DNA of 8,458 nt. Source: Selaginella moellendorffii (taxonomy: Eukaryota > Plantae > Lycopodiophyta). The stretch spans positions 1-8,458 of the forward strand of contig NW_003314633.1 in NCBI RefSeq assembly GCF_000143415.4. The letters run 5' to 3'. Of this stretch, positions 7,601 to 8,458 are shown in pieces (position 1 is the stretch's first letter; each line of letters opens with the position of its first letter). Under the pieces are notes generated by a model. The model was given only the letters and a program-made list of their open reading frames with translations, was not told where the DNA came from and made no database searches. A program made the position numbers and the translations under genes.

Positions 7601-8401
7601 CTATCAGCGCTTGCAGAAGATGGAATACCCGTGACAGATTTTGATGCCTTGGTTTGTAACAGTGGTGCTTCGCTGTACTATCCTTCAATGAGCTTCAACA
7701 GTCAGGTGCACCTGGTGCCAGATTATGACTACGATCATCACATTGATTATCACTGGAGTAGCGACGGGATAAGGAAGGCAATGGGCAGGCTTACTGTCTC
7801 AGAGGCTGGAGACCTGCCAATAATCATTGAGGAGGAACTGCGTTCTAGCACGCACTGCGTTGCTTATCGGGTCAATACCGCAAATGTAAGTAGTTAACAT
7901 TGTCTTTAACTTGTCTTGCATTGTCTGTTAGCTATTTATCTCTGAATTAGATGGTGAAAGTGGATGAGTACCGTCGCCTCTTGAGAATGCGTGGCTTAAG
8001 GTGTCATATTATCTACTGCCTGAATACCACAAAGCTTCACATAGTTCCAGTGCTGGCCTCTCGTTCCCAGGCCATAAGGTATCTGAAACATGTATAGAGA
8101 GTATTTCATTTTCTTGCATAATGTCAGGTACTTGTTTGTGAGATGGGGAATGGATATAGGAAACACTGTTGTTTTTGTTGGTGAGACCGGTGATTCGGAT
8201 TACGAGCAGCTGCTATCCGGGATCCATAAGATTATTGTCTTAACAGGCCTTGTTCCTCACAGAGCTGCTGGCAAGGAAGATGTGGTTCGCACGACTGGGA
8301 CTAGAGAAGACGTTGTCCCATCTGAGAGTAATAATAATCTTGTCGCAACTAGTTGTGAAGCTATTGCTGCTGCACTCAGCAAGGTAAGCTTTCAAGTTTA
8401 G
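4638..8401 (+). CDS. SPS: Sucrose-phosphate synthase (GT4 glycosyltransferase plus SPP-like C-terminal domain), about 1030 aa; exons 4638-4838, 4891-4980, 5025-5245, 5286-5349, 5399-6097, 6143-6348 (contains the gap), 6397-6528, 6582-6758, 6808-6861, 6912-6974, 7028-7885, 7951-8078, 8128-8401
   Basis: Diagnostic plant SPS motifs: [152 protein letters not shown]. Twelve GT-AG introns of 40-65 bp are all phase-consistent. Confidence 0.98.
6154..6253. other. Assembly gap (100 N placeholder) within SPS exon 6
   Basis: Exactly 100 N, flanked by VIAP and EAVDILEGE coding sequence. Confidence 0.99.
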
Positions 8402-8458
8402 GAGACAAAGCTACTCAGCAGGCTTCACTATCTGATAAATGTCATACATGCATTTAGT

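Noticed and set aside
8384-8458. Additional SPS intron at AAG|GTAAGC (8384)
   Set aside because: The donor looks strong, but reading through gives ALSKVSFQV*, a normal SPS C-terminal length. Not excluded without cDNA.
1-8458. CRISPR array, prokaryotic operon or defence system, transposon, tRNA or rRNA
   Set aside because: No repeat-spacer array, terminal repeats, transposase motifs or structured RNA signature seen; spliceosomal genes explain almost the whole window.

Overview
Gene-dense eukaryotic DNA from a land plant, with GT-AG introns mostly 40-70 bp long. The compactness plus flagellar genes suggests a seed-free plant such as Selaginella (inference). Manual splicing gives four genes: (1) the first coding exon of a TTLL6/TTLL13/TTLL7-type tubulin polyglutamylase on the minus strand, running off the left edge and absent from the ORF track; (2) a 4-exon secreted PL1 pectate-lyase-family gene on the minus strand, with an apparent PMEI-like helical N-terminal domain and two of the three usual Ca2+-binding Asp residues replaced; (3) a multi-exon CCDC151/ODAD3 (ODA10)-like coiled-coil gene starting 149 bp away head-to-head; (4) a 13-exon sucrose-phosphate synthase interrupted by a 100-N assembly gap. 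The main leads are the PMEI-like/lyase fusion with an altered Ca site, an outer-dynein-arm docking homolog in a lineage reported to lack outer arms, and two flagellar genes tightly flanking a wall-remodelling gene (a possible sperm or antheridium neighbourhood). All homology calls come from motifs recognised by eye, not database searches. No prokaryotic, CRISPR or mobile-element system is supported.
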